A stretch of DNA of 64,000 bases from positions 133,478 to 197,477 of the forward strand of contig DATLVI010000024.1 in the NCBI GenBank assembly GCA_035577545.1, read 5' to 3'. Origin of the DNA: Verrucomicrobiia bacterium (GTDB taxonomy: Bacteria > Verrucomicrobiota > Verrucomicrobiia > Palsa-1439). The position numbers and the translations under genes are program-made. The notes below the pieces were generated by a model. The model was not told where the DNA came from, ran no database searches, and saw only the letters and a list, made by a program, of their open reading frames with translations. Positions 1 through 9,725 of the stretch are shown here, piece by piece. The stretch's first letter is position 1. Every line of letters starts with the position of its first letter.

Positions 1-36
1 GACCAGATTGAGGAGCTCAATCACCGTACTTGCGTC

Positions 37-345
37 GTGAGCTGCCTCTTTGACAAGCGAGGGGAGCACGGATATAGGATGTTTTTCGCTGGCATAGAGA
101 CGTATCGGGTTACGTACCATTTGTCATGCACGGGCGAAATGGTGGACGCTTACGGTCAAGTAGTTGACCTCGGGGAAACTGATTGTCTGAGCGAAATATC
201 CACACGACTCAGCCGGCGCGGGGCTCAAAGCGGCGGGCTTTGCCATCTCATGGTCTACTTTGACGATGGCCCGTGTTATGAATTCATATGTAAGTCTTTT
301 CACGCTGAAGATCTGAAGGGCGCGTTGTTATCGGGAACTCGGTGA
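37..345 (+). CDS. hypothetical protein; the reading frame is open back to base 1, so it is possibly 5'-partial
   Basis: ORF track; GTG at 37 with no upstream stop in frame; alternative ATG at 76; no recognisable motif. Confidence 0.3.
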   Translation: MSCLFDKRGEHGYRMFFAGIETYRVTYHLSCTGEMVDAYGQVVDLGETDCLSEISTRLSRRGAQSGGLCHLMVYFDDGPCYEFICKSFHAEDLKGALLSGTR

Positions 346-691
346 ATGGCCGTTGGCTTGGCGCTTCTTGGCGAGAAATCAGGTCTCATCATCACACCTT
401 GACGTAACGTGTAGCACTCGCTGCGTTCCATCAGTATCTTAAAGGTCGCACTTCGTATGACCCCATCTGGAGGAGCGGTCTATCGCAAATCGATAATTTT
501 ACTGGACGCAGTGTGCCGGGATGGGTATAGTCAGCGCGTGGATTATGAATTGAAGCTGATGGCGAGCGGCGGACAGAACGGCAAAGCTGAGACGAGTCGC
601 AGCACTCCAAGGGGGATCCGCCTTCGCTCTGGCTACGGTGCGAGCCTACTTCGCGAGGACGCTTCGAAGGCCGAGCTTCGGGACCAATATA

Positions 692-720
692 CGTTTCTGC
701 GAAACGAACCCAATTTTTTC
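692..720 (+). terminator. stem-loop CGTTTC-TGC-GAAACG followed by a T-run; putative rho-independent terminator
   Basis: hairpin plus TTTTTT read directly from the sequence. Confidence 0.35.
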
Positions 721-789
721 GCATGAAGAACAACGGCTATCTATCTTAGCCGCAGTGGATTGTAGTATAAAAAATCGGCCAAAATATTT

Positions 790-813
790 GGGTTCGTTTT
801 CGAAAACGAACCC
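790..813. repeat. perfect 24-bp palindrome GGGTTCGTTTTCGAAAACGAACCC; shares the 15-mer GAAACGAACCCAATT with 701-715
   Basis: seen in sequence upstream of trpD. Confidence 0.5.
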
Positions 814-983
814 AATTGCCGCACACGACAGCGGCGTCTCGTCCGACTCGGCTTAAGGGGTGTTTTGAGTGCCTTTTTGCAGCGTTACAGGTAAAAAATT
901 GGTGGTTTTAGGTGTCTCAGCAGACGGCTACGATCCTTCGGCTTCGCTCAGGACAGGCTCCGCATGGCCCTCCTAAAAGGGTT

Positions 984-2054
984 ATGATAAACTTTCAGCT
1001 TATGGCGGCGTTGGACAAATTGACCGAGAAGGCGACGGCGGGCGCGGAGCTTTCGCGTGAGGACGTGTCACTTGCGATGCGGGCGTTGCTGGACGAGGCG
1101 GTCCCTGAGGACGCGAAGGCGGACTTTCTTACGGCGTTGGCGCGCAAGGGCGAGACGGCCGGGGAGATCGCGGCGTTTGCGCTCGAACTGCGTTCGCGCG
1201 CGGTTGATCCGCAGATTGATCCCGCGAAATTCGGCGGGGTGGTATTGGACGTGGTGGGGACAGGCGCGGACATGTCGCACACCTTCAATGTTTCCACGTG
1301 TGCGATTTTCGTTGTGGCGGCAGCGGGCGTGGCGGTGGCGAAACATGGCAACCGGGCGATCACCAGCAAGTGCGGCAGCGCGGATGTCTTGACGGCGCTG
1401 GGCGCGAAGATCGAACTGTCACCCGAGGTAGCGCGGCATTGCCTGGAAGCTACTGGCGTGACGTTTTTCTTCGCGCCGCATTATCATCCTGCATTCAAGT
1501 CCATCGCGCCGGTGCGGCGCAAGCTGGCCGAGCGCAAGCAGCGAAGCGTCTTCAATATTCTCGGGCCGTTGGTCAATCCAGCTCACCCAACACATCAACT
1601 GGTCGGCGTATTCGATCGCGGACTGGTGGGCAAGTTCGCGGAGGTGCTGCGCCTGCTCGAAGTGAAACACGCGCTGGTCGTGCATGGCGACGGGCTCGAT
1701 GAGTTGTCCACCATGGGGGTCAATACGATGGCGGAGTTGTGGGCGGGACGCATCGAGCAGACCGAGCGCGATTTCCGAGTGCCGCACACTTCGTGGCGCG
1801 GTGTGACGGTGAAGCCGGGAGAATTGGTCGGCGGCGACGCGACAGTGAATGCGGGCATTGTACGGGAAGTGCTGGGCGGCAAGGACCGCGGGGCGCGGCG
1901 CGACATCGTGCTGTTGAACGCGGCGGCGGCGCTGGTGGTTGCCGAAAAGGTGACCGACTTTGCGAGCGGATGGAACGCGGCGGTGGAATTGATCGACAGC
2001 GGCACCGCGCTGGAGAAGCTGGAGCGATTTGTGGAAGCGAGCAATCGAGAGTAA
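984..2054 (+). CDS. trpD: anthranilate phosphoribosyltransferase
   Basis: TrpD-like sequence: GTGADMSHTFNVSTCAIFVVAAAGVAVAKHGNRA, HYHPAFKSIAPVRRKL, ILGPLVNPA; the track ORF starts at 912, but ATG 984 gives the typical ~355 aa length. Confidence 0.85.
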   Translation: MINFQLMAALDKLTEKATAGAELSREDVSLAMRALLDEAVPEDAKADFLTALARKGETAGEIAAFALELRSRAVDPQIDPAKFGGVVLDVVGTGADMSHTFNVSTCAIFVVAAAGVAVAKHGNRAITSKCGSADVLTALGAKIELSPEVARHCLEATGVTFFFAPHYHPAFKSIAPVRRKLAERKQRSVFNILGPLVNPAHPTHQLVGVFDRGLVGKFAEVLRLLEVKHALVVHGDGLDELSTMGVNTMAELWAGRIEQTERDFRVPHTSWRGVTVKPGELVGGDATVNAGIVREVLGGKDRGARRDIVLLNAAAALVVAEKVTDFASGWNAAVELIDSGTALEKLERFVEASNRE

Positions 2055-2062
2055 GTTTAATT

Positions 2063-3013
2063 GTGCGAGCAGCCCTGGCAAAACCTCTGGACTGGTGTTC
2101 GATTCAACTCGCGCGGTTGAGCGTGCATCGTGGTGTGGGCGCGGTCGGACAAGTGGCGCAGGTTGAATCGCTGTTAGAGGACCCTGATTTCTTCGGCGAT
2201 TCCGTTGTGGCTCCGCACGACTTGCGATTTACCACCAAGCGCGCGTTTCAGTTTACTTCATCGGTAGTTTCACCCTCGAAGCGGAACAACACGGTGCATG
2301 GCCGGCTTTTCACAACGGGCAAACGGTGGCAGGACAAGCCGGTGGTCATTCTGCTTCATGGTTGGAACATGCAAGCGGGCTATCACGTCCTGTTCCCGCA
2401 CCTGGCGCGGCGGTTGGTGAAGCAGGGTGTGAACGTGGCGATGTTCGCGTTGCCGTACCATACCCGCCGGAAGCCGCGCGGCAAAAAAGCGATCCACAAC
2501 TTTCTCTCGGGCGACCTGGTGCACGTGGTGCAGGCGGCCCATCAATCCCTGGCGGATGCGCGGGCGCTGATCGCGTGGCTGGAGGAACAGGGCTGTCCGC
2601 GGATCGGCCTGTGGGGCATTTCGCTCGGCGCATGGTTGAGCGGGCTACTGACCTGCGAGGACGCGCGCATTGACTGCGCGGTGCTGATGTCGCCGGTATC
2701 GCGGATGGACCGCGTGATTGCGGAGCTGGATTTCTGCGCACCCATTCGCCGCAGTCTCGGTGGCGCACGAGTAAGACTCGACCGGTTGAATTTGACGAAT
2801 CATCAACCGAAAGTTGCGCACAACAATATCCTGCTCATCGGTTCGGAACACGATTTGTTCGCCCCGATTGGAACGGTGGAGGACCTTCACCGCGCGTGGA
2901 GTGGTACGGAGTTGTGGCGGCCGCGGCATGGGCATATCAGCGTGCTGATGTCGATGCCGGTGATGGAACGCACAGTTGGCTGGATAGCGCAGAAGATGCA
3001 GGGTGAGAATTGA
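2063..3013 (+). CDS. alpha/beta hydrolase fold protein; start uncertain (GTG/TTG)
   Basis: HGW motif, GxSxG-like GISLGAW, C-terminal His; the N-terminal part of track ORF 1739..3013 overlaps trpD out of frame. Confidence 0.55.
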   Translation: MRAALAKPLDWCSIQLARLSVHRGVGAVGQVAQVESLLEDPDFFGDSVVAPHDLRFTTKRAFQFTSSVVSPSKRNNTVHGRLFTTGKRWQDKPVVILLHGWNMQAGYHVLFPHLARRLVKQGVNVAMFALPYHTRRKPRGKKAIHNFLSGDLVHVVQAAHQSLADARALIAWLEEQGCPRIGLWGISLGAWLSGLLTCEDARIDCAVLMSPVSRMDRVIAELDFCAPIRRSLGGARVRLDRLNLTNHQPKVAHNNILLIGSEHDLFAPIGTVEDLHRAWSGTELWRPRHGHISVLMSMPVMERTVGWIAQKMQGEN

Positions 3014-3097
3014 TCGCGTTTGTCGGGTATTTCTTGACGAACGCACCCTCCTGACCAAGAGCAAATTTTTACTGTACTTTTACACAGGAGCAGGCAT

Positions 3098-3508
3098 TTG
3101 AATTGCTACAGTATGGGCACTGAGAAGCAAAAATCCATGATTCGCATAGACTACCAAGTATTGCGTGAGAGCAAGGCCGCAGACGGCGATGTCGATGTTC
3201 GCCTGGTCAAGAAGGCCCGGAGAATCTTTGGACGCGGCGCGCGCGAGGAGATTCTGCGGATCATGGATCCATTATTGCGCGTCCAGGCGAGCGAGATCGC
3301 GGAGAGACAAGTGAGCCCCCAGTCGCTCCATGAAGTTGGGCAGGGGGCTGTGCTGGAAGCGATCAAACTGTATCAGATTGGACAGCGCGAGGATTTTGGC
3401 GAGTTCGCCATGATCCACGCGCGACAGGCCATGGTTCTTGCCAAGAACAAGATGTATGTTCCCGATCCCCATGCCCCGAGGCCGGACCTGCCCCCGCGGC
3501 AGTTCTAG
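3098..3508 (+). CDS. small protein with a degenerate sigma-70 region-2-like segment
   Basis: LHEVGQGAVLEAIKLYQIGQREDFGEFAMIHARQAM loosely aligns to sigma-70 region 2.1-2.2 (EGNIGLMKAVEKFD...FSTYATWWIRQAI); no region 4. Confidence 0.3.
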   Translation: MNCYSMGTEKQKSMIRIDYQVLRESKAADGDVDVRLVKKARRIFGRGAREEILRIMDPLLRVQASEIAERQVSPQSLHEVGQGAVLEAIKLYQIGQREDFGEFAMIHARQAMVLAKNKMYVPDPHAPRPDLPPRQF

Positions 3509-3553
3509 AATAGAATTGCATTCAGCCATCGGTCGCAGCATCCTAAGGGTACT

Positions 3554-4072
3554 ATGCTCATCAGTAAGAAGATCAACGACGCCATTAACCAGCAAATTGG
3601 CAATGAATTTGGCGCTTCGCTGCAGTATGTGGCGATTGCCGCGCACTTCGACTTGGAGGCACTGCCGCAGTTGGCGGCGCACTTCTACGAGCAGGCCAAG
3701 GAAGAACGCGATCATGCGATGCGGTTTGTGAAGTTCGTTGTCGAGACCGACGGCGAAGTCGTCATTCCTGCCGTCAAGGCGCCGAAGGGCAAGTTCGCGT
3801 CGGCGGAGGAGGCCGTGAAATTGTCGCTCGACTGGGAGGTCGAGGTGACCAACCAGATTCACAAGCTGGTCGATCTGGCCAAGAAGGAAGTCAATTACAC
3901 CACGGACAACTTCCTGCAGTGGTTCGTCAAGGAACAGCTCGAAGAGGTTTCATCGATGGACAACCTGCTCAAGGTGATCCGCCGCGCCGGCCAGGATGGT
4001 TTGCTGCGCGTGGAGGAATACCTTGCCCGAAAGTCCGGCGGGAAGTCGGCGCCGGAAGAAAATCTTTCCTGA
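3554..4072 (+). CDS. ftn: ferritin (non-haem, Ftn-like)
   Basis: ferritin-like di-iron ligand pattern: EFGASLQY, EERDHAMRF, QWFVKEQLEE. Confidence 0.8.
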   Translation: MLISKKINDAINQQIGNEFGASLQYVAIAAHFDLEALPQLAAHFYEQAKEERDHAMRFVKFVVETDGEVVIPAVKAPKGKFASAEEAVKLSLDWEVEVTNQIHKLVDLAKKEVNYTTDNFLQWFVKEQLEEVSSMDNLLKVIRRAGQDGLLRVEEYLARKSGGKSAPEENLS

Positions 4073-4116
4073 ACTGGTCGGCCGCCACGCGGCTGATGTG
4101 GCAATGGGCAGAGAGG

Positions 4117-4761
4117 ATGGCTGATTTGTCGGCGAACTACGATCCCATGGTTCGTGAGCAAATCGAATCGCGCGGCATTACGAATGCCCGGGTGCTCGCC
4201 GCGATGAGCAAAGTCCCGCGGCATGAATTCGTGCCCGAGCATTTGGCCGACGCCGCCTATGAAGACCATCCGCTCCCCATCGGGTATAGCCAGACAATCT
4301 CGCAGCCTTACATCGTCGCGTTGATGACCGAGTTGCTGAAGCTCCAGCCGGGCGCGAAGGTGCTTGAAGTGGGGACAGGCTCGGGATACCAGGCGGCAAT
4401 TCTCGCGGAAGTCGGCGCGGAGGTCTATTCGATCGAAATCCTTGAACCGTTGGCCAGAACATCCGCCGAACTCCTCCGGCGCCTCGGTTACGAGAACGTT
4501 CAGGTGAAGCAGGGCGACGGCTATCTCGGCTGGTCCCAGCACGCGCCGTACGACGCGATTGTCGTGACCGCTGCTGCTGATCACGTCCCACCGCCGCTGG
4601 TCGAGCAACTCAAACCGGGTGGCCGCCTGGTAATTCCGGTGGGCGATGGCCAGGATCAGCAATCCCTGTTGCTCGTAGAAAAGAGCACCGATGGCGGCGT
4701 TACGACCCGCGACGTCGCCCCGGTCATGTTTGTACCGTTGACTCGTGAAAACCGGGAGTGA
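4117..4761 (+). CDS. pcm: protein-L-isoaspartate O-methyltransferase
   Basis: QTISQPYIVALM, VLEVGTGSGYQAAILA, GGRLVIPVG; alternative ATG at 4096; the track ORF 3919.. has a spurious N-terminal extension. Confidence 0.85.
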   Translation: MADLSANYDPMVREQIESRGITNARVLAAMSKVPRHEFVPEHLADAAYEDHPLPIGYSQTISQPYIVALMTELLKLQPGAKVLEVGTGSGYQAAILAEVGAEVYSIEILEPLARTSAELLRRLGYENVQVKQGDGYLGWSQHAPYDAIVVTAAADHVPPPLVEQLKPGGRLVIPVGDGQDQQSLLLVEKSTDGGVTTRDVAPVMFVPLTRENRE

Positions 4762-4768
4762 GTTGTCT

Positions 4769-6682
4769 TTACAATCCCGAGTCGAGCACCGAACGGACGA
4801 GATGATTGAGCGACTCGATGTTGTAGGGCTTTTGCAGGTAGCCCAGGCAGCCATGGCGTAACATGCGCTGGCCCTCCTGGTCGTGGCTGTAACCGCTGGA
4901 GACGATCACACGCACGTCCGGGTTGATCTCCTTTATGCGCGCGAATAATTCAGAACCGCTCATCCGCGGCATCACCATGTCTGCAATTACCAAATCAATG
5001 TCCTTCTGGCGCTCGCGATACATGGAGAGCGCGGAGGCGCCATCCGGCGCGCTGAACACTTTGTAACCCTTCGATTCGAGACCGATCTGTGCCATTTCGC
5101 GGATGACTTCTTCGTCTTCGGCGAGCAGGATGCACTCCTGGCCGCCGCGCACAGTTGTTGGCGGCGGCACAGGCGCGGCGGTCGGCGCTTTCTTCGTGGC
5201 CGGGAGGAAAATCTCGAACATCGTTCCCATCCCCGGTTGCGATTCAACGCGAATCTCGCCACCGAAACCCTTCACAATGCTCAGCACCAGGGAAAGTCCA
5301 AGTCCCGTTCCCTTGCCTGGTCGCTTGGTGGTGAAGAACGGCTCGAAGATGTGCGAGAGCGTGGCGGCATCCATGCCCGAGCCCGTGTCGCGGAACCCAA
5401 GAACCACATAGTCACCATCGGGCAACGAGAGCGCGGGGCGGAACGGATCGGTCGCCTCGAGATGGACGTTGCGGGTCGTGATGGTGAACATGCCGCCCTC
5501 GGACATTACATCACGCGCGTTGACGGCGATGTTGAGGAAGATCTGCTCAAGCTGCGAGGGATCAACCTCGATGCAGTGAAGGTTTTTGGCAAACTGCCGC
5601 TGAATAAGAATCGACTTGTCGAAGCTGCGTTCGAGCATCTTCAAAGTCTGCTCGATGCAGTCATTGGCGTTGACAACAGCGAGGCGCGGGACCTCGCGCC
5701 TCGCAAAGGCAAGTAACTGCTTTGTCAGAGCCGCACCGCGGTGCGCGCTGGCTTCCGTCGCTTCCAGGTAACGATAGGTCGGGCTGGCGGGATCGGTTTG
5801 CAGCTTGACGTAGCTCGCGCAGGCGAGAATCGCCGCGAGGACGTTGTTGAAATCGTGGGCGATGCCGCTGGTCAACGCGCCGATGGACTCGATTTTCTGT
5901 ACCTGTACGAGGTCGCGGTACAACTCCTCGGCTTGCACGGCGCTGGCGATGATGTTGGCGACGGTCAACATTTCCGCGGCGAGGGACGGCGAGATGTCGC
6001 GCGGGTTGCGGTAGAAGACGCCGATGAGGCCGACGAGTTCGTTGCGACGAATGACAGGATTTAGGGCGGCGCAGACAATGTGTTCACGCTTGCAGACATC
6101 AACGAGCGGGTCGGGCCCTGTTTGCGCCAGGTTGTTCAGGATAAGCTGGTGAGCCTGCTCAAATGCGGGGAAGGACCACTCAGTCGCCTCAAGTTGCTCG
6201 ACGCTGTGCGCCGTGAAGCCGAAGGCCCCCTTGAGGACGAAGTGCGACTGGCCGTTCTTCTCCGTGATCCATGCCCCGACGACGTCAGCCTCAAAAAACT
6301 GAGCGATTTTTTCGAGTATTTCCGGTGAGATTTGAGCGACATCGAGTTTGTCAATCAAGGCGCGGGTAATTTGGTTGAGCGTGGATTGCCTTTGGAAGGC
6401 GAGCCGTTGCGAAAGCTCGATCTCACGGGAGCGAGTCGCCTGCAGTTCTTCGTGGTTTCGCTGCGTGCGCCGGACGTGGAGGTAGGTTTCGGCAGCGGCG
6501 AGTGAGACCAGGAGCAAGGAGGCACTGCTTAATGGCAAACTGACCTGGACCCATGAATCGTTACCGTTGTAGAGCCGCCCGATGAGCATATACGAGAACG
6601 TGATCGCCAGCGCCAGTCCGTAAAGTAGTGCGCGTGGGGACCACTCCCGAACGTCAAGTTTGATGGCCGTTGATTGCGCCAT
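4769..6682 (-). CDS. hybrid sensor histidine kinase with C-terminal receiver domain (TM-GAF-HisKA-HATPase-REC)
   Basis: H-box HDFNNVLAAILA; G-boxes DTGSGM and GTGLGL; REC domain ILLAEDEEV...ADMVMP...K. Confidence 0.85.
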   Translation of the reverse strand: MAQSTAIKLDVREWSPRALLYGLALAITFSYMLIGRLYNGNDSWVQVSLPLSSASLLLVSLAAAETYLHVRRTQRNHEELQATRSREIELSQRLAFQRQSTLNQITRALIDKLDVAQISPEILEKIAQFFEADVVGAWITEKNGQSHFVLKGAFGFTAHSVEQLEATEWSFPAFEQAHQLILNNLAQTGPDPLVDVCKREHIVCAALNPVIRRNELVGLIGVFYRNPRDISPSLAAEMLTVANIIASAVQAEELYRDLVQVQKIESIGALTSGIAHDFNNVLAAILACASYVKLQTDPASPTYRYLEATEASAHRGAALTKQLLAFARREVPRLAVVNANDCIEQTLKMLERSFDKSILIQRQFAKNLHCIEVDPSQLEQIFLNIAVNARDVMSEGGMFTITTRNVHLEATDPFRPALSLPDGDYVVLGFRDTGSGMDAATLSHIFEPFFTTKRPGKGTGLGLSLVLSIVKGFGGEIRVESQPGMGTMFEIFLPATKKAPTAAPVPPPTTVRGGQECILLAEDEEVIREMAQIGLESKGYKVFSAPDGASALSMYRERQKDIDLVIADMVMPRMSGSELFARIKEINPDVRVIVSSGYSHDQEGQRMLRHGCLGYLQKPYNIESLNHLVRSVLDSGL

Positions 6683-7026
6683 GGGAGCGTCTCACCGTCA
6701 ACGCAACACAATTGAGCATGGAATATGCCGCTGGTGAGAATTGAGAAAAATAAAGGGTTTTCAGTCGTATTTCGGCACAAAATGCAAGCAGTTGAGGATG
6801 TAATGACAACAGCGGCAAGCAGATTTGCGCAATAGGCTTCGTGATTCGTGTCCACATTACCGGTCCCAGCGCCACAGATCTGTACCCTGGTTGATGGGTT
6901 AGGAGGAATGCGTATCCAGGAGACAGGCAGATCCTGGCGGGTCCGCAGATCAGGCAGATTTTCGGATTGCACGCCACTACAAATTGCCAGTATGTACTGG
7001 GCAACCTAGGGTATGCTTACTTTTTC

Positions 7027-7956
7027 ATGAAAAGCGGAACGCGATCCGGACTCCGGTTAACGCTGCTTCTGCTCTTGGTGGGCGGGGTCTACCTCGTCAT
7101 GCACAACTACGAGCAGCAGTTCGTTTACGCGCCCAGTCCGTTTATCAAGAAAACGCCCCGCGAGGCCAAGCTATCCTTTGACAACATCGCCCTGACAACT
7201 GACGACGGTGTCAACATTCAAGGGTGGTTTGTCCCGGCGCACGCGCCGGAGGACCCACCCATGACCAACGCATCGACTCCGACGCTGCTCTTCTTTCATG
7301 GAGGGGTCGGTAACATCAGCGACTATCTCCCAAAGGTCCACCTCCTTCACGACATGGGCCTGGATGTGTTCACCGTCGACTACCACGGTTACGGTAAAAG
7401 CGGTGGCACCCCGAGCGAAAGCGGACTGGCCAGCGACGCCCTCGCCGCCTACTTTTACCTGAGGGACAACCGCCACGTGAACCCCGAACGCCTCTACCTC
7501 TATGGTGAAGACCTGGGCGCGGCAGTAGCGATCGACCTGGCAGCGAAGAAGGTACCGGCAGCGGGCCTGATCACGGAAGGCGCGATTGCCTCGGTCATCG
7601 AAAAGATCGAGGAAGCCTGGCCCCTGATCCCGTGGCAGTTTCTGCTGCGCAATAAATTCGATTCCGTGACCAATATCCGCGACGTGCACATGCCGATCTT
7701 GATTATCCACAGCACCGAAGACAATGTGGTGCCATTCAATGATTCCCACCGCCTCTGGGCGCTAGCGCATGAACCGAAGGAACTCGTTGAGATTCACGGC
7801 GCCCACTGCGACGCTTTTGTCCATTCGTTGGATTCGTTCGATTTGTATTACGACAAGGTTTCGCGTTTTGTTTTCGAGCAGCCCAAAGACAAAACGGCGG
7901 ACGCCCCTGTCTCAGCGCAAACCGCCGCGCCGGCGTCCAAAGACCCAACGCCATGA
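7027..7956 (+). CDS. membrane-anchored alpha/beta hydrolase (S9/S15-like)
   Basis: N-terminal TM; FFHGG and GEDLGAAVAI nucleophile elbow; the track ORF starts at 6967. Confidence 0.6.
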   Translation: MKSGTRSGLRLTLLLLLVGGVYLVMHNYEQQFVYAPSPFIKKTPREAKLSFDNIALTTDDGVNIQGWFVPAHAPEDPPMTNASTPTLLFFHGGVGNISDYLPKVHLLHDMGLDVFTVDYHGYGKSGGTPSESGLASDALAAYFYLRDNRHVNPERLYLYGEDLGAAVAIDLAAKKVPAAGLITEGAIASVIEKIEEAWPLIPWQFLLRNKFDSVTNIRDVHMPILIIHSTEDNVVPFNDSHRLWALAHEPKELVEIHGAHCDAFVHSLDSFDLYYDKVSRFVFEQPKDKTADAPVSAQTAAPASKDPTP

Positions 7957-9719
7957 TGAAAGCGCTCACGCTCTTGCTCCTTTTGCTGCTGGGGGCGCTG
8001 CGTCCGGCTGTGGCCGCTGACACGTTGCGGCCCGAGCAGCTCGGTCCGGGCATGAAGGGCTACGGTCTATCGGTGTTTAAGGGGACCAAGCCCGAGCGTT
8101 TTGACGTCGAGATTATCGGCGTCCTGCGAAACGCGTTACCCAAACAAGATATGATTCTCATCCGCTTGAGCGGCGCGGACCTGGAGAAACATAAAGTCAT
8201 CGCGGGCATGAGCGGCAGCCCGGTATACATCGACGGGAAACTAATTGGGGCCCTCGCCTACGGCTGGACGTTCGAGAACGATCCACTGGCCGGCGTCACG
8301 CCCATCCATAATATGATGGCGGAACTGAAACTGCCCACGGTGGCCCCGTCGACCATCAACGCGTCCGTGTCGCTCGGTCAGACATCATCCATGGCCGCGC
8401 CATTTGCCCTGCCGAACGCCGCATTCGCACAAACCACGGACAGTTTCGGCGCGCCACATCCGTTGTTGACACCCCTTTCGCTCGGTGGCTTCAGTTCGCG
8501 CGTGCTGGAACGGTTTGCCTCGAAGTTTATGGGTTGTGGCATGATGCCGATTGCGGCCGGTGGCGCGGGCGCCAGGACCTTGCCGCACCACAGTGGCGAT
8601 ATGGAACCCGGCGGTGCGATTGGGGTGCAATTGATTCGCGGCGATATGGACGCCACGGCGGTCGGCACGGCCACGTACGTCGAAAAGAACCGCATCCTGG
8701 CGTTCGGCCACCCGTTTTTTCAAGGCGGTTCCGTGCAGGCACCTGCCGTGTCGGCCGAGGTACACACGATCATGTCCAGCCTGGAGCGTTCGTTCAAGAT
8801 GGCGAGCCCCATCGCCGAGATTGGCTCAATGGTTGGTGACTGGCAGAGTTGCATCGTCGCCGACGCGAAAGTGCAGGCGCAGATGATCCCCGTTAGTATC
8901 GACGCGGCGAATCGCGACACGGGGCAGTCGGAGCACTACGATGTCGAGGTCATGAATAATCAGGTGTTCACGCCCCAGCTTGTGCTAATGGCGATCGCCC
9001 AGGCCGTCAGCGCCGCGTCGGGTTCCTCGCAGGACACCACCGTGCGGATTTCTGTGGGGGCGGAACTGGCTCCCATAAAGGCAGGCGGATCGTCGCGAAC
9101 CATTACGGTAACCAACACTTTCTTCAGCGCCGGCGGCGGTATGTTGAGCATCGAGGGTCTCATGCCGCTGTTGGCGATGTTCAACACCCCGTTCGGCAGC
9201 CCGACCGTGAAACGCGTCGACGTGAAAGTGGACGCGGCGCTCACGCGCCAGACGGCGGAGATCAAACGCGCCTACTTTGACAAGTCGGAACTCCAACGTG
9301 GTGAAAGGACAACCCTTAAAATTGTGCTCAAACCCTTTGGCCGACCCGAGGTCACGAAGACGATTCCCATCGACGTCCCCGCGGCGACGGACACGTTACA
9401 TTACCTTGTCGTCACGGTGGTTGCTGGGAATAACGCGCCACCGGACGCCGCGCCGCCCGACAGTCTTGACGAGTTTCTCGATTTCATACAACAAGCACAT
9501 CACAATACCGATTTGGTCGCGCTCTCGCCGACGCACAGCCAGGGCATGCAATACCATGGCAAGCTGCTGAAGAAACTTCCGCCGAGCGCCGTCGGCATTC
9601 TGGACGATTCAAGCACGGCTGACGTCGTCGCCGCCGCGGACATCTCGCAACTTGTGGAGCCCACGGACTGGGTTCTCAGCGGTCAGGCCACGGTTCGCGT
9701 GCCAATCAGACAGGAATAA
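7953..9719 (+). CDS. secreted SpoIVB-like peptidase S55 family protein
   Basis: signal peptide; GMSGSPVYIDGKLIGALAYGW resembles the SpoIVB/S55 serine motif. Confidence 0.5.
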   Translation: MMKALTLLLLLLLGALRPAVAADTLRPEQLGPGMKGYGLSVFKGTKPERFDVEIIGVLRNALPKQDMILIRLSGADLEKHKVIAGMSGSPVYIDGKLIGALAYGWTFENDPLAGVTPIHNMMAELKLPTVAPSTINASVSLGQTSSMAAPFALPNAAFAQTTDSFGAPHPLLTPLSLGGFSSRVLERFASKFMGCGMMPIAAGGAGARTLPHHSGDMEPGGAIGVQLIRGDMDATAVGTATYVEKNRILAFGHPFFQGGSVQAPAVSAEVHTIMSSLERSFKMASPIAEIGSMVGDWQSCIVADAKVQAQMIPVSIDAANRDTGQSEHYDVEVMNNQVFTPQLVLMAIAQAVSAASGSSQDTTVRISVGAELAPIKAGGSSRTITVTNTFFSAGGGMLSIEGLMPLLAMFNTPFGSPTVKRVDVKVDAALTRQTAEIKRAYFDKSELQRGERTTLKIVLKPFGRPEVTKTIPIDVPAATDTLHYLVVTVVAGNNAPPDAAPPDSLDEFLDFIQQAHHNTDLVALSPTHSQGMQYHGKLLKKLPPSAVGILDDSSTADVVAAADISQLVEPTDWVLSGQATVRVPIRQE

Positions 9720-9725
9720 TATCGC

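Noticed and set aside
345-911. Possible tRNA or structured ncRNA (RNase P, tmRNA, SRP) between the first ORF and trpD
   Set aside because: No cloverleaf, T-loop GTTCRANYC or ACCA/CCA signatures found by eye; kept only as the leader-hairpin finding
1739-2062. N-terminal 108 aa of track ORF 1739..3013
   Set aside because: Overlaps trpD out of frame; Arg/Gly-rich; hydrolase homology begins only after 2063
1419-2081. 220-aa minus-strand ORF, plus other antisense ORFs (995..1369, 1595..2044), inside trpD
   Set aside because: Fully overlapped by the well-supported trpD; Arg/Ala-rich GC-artefact composition
3272-4854. Minus-strand ORFs 3272..3862 (196 aa) and 3895..4854 (319 aa)
   Set aside because: Antisense to ferritin and pcm; low-complexity R/L/G-rich; no motifs
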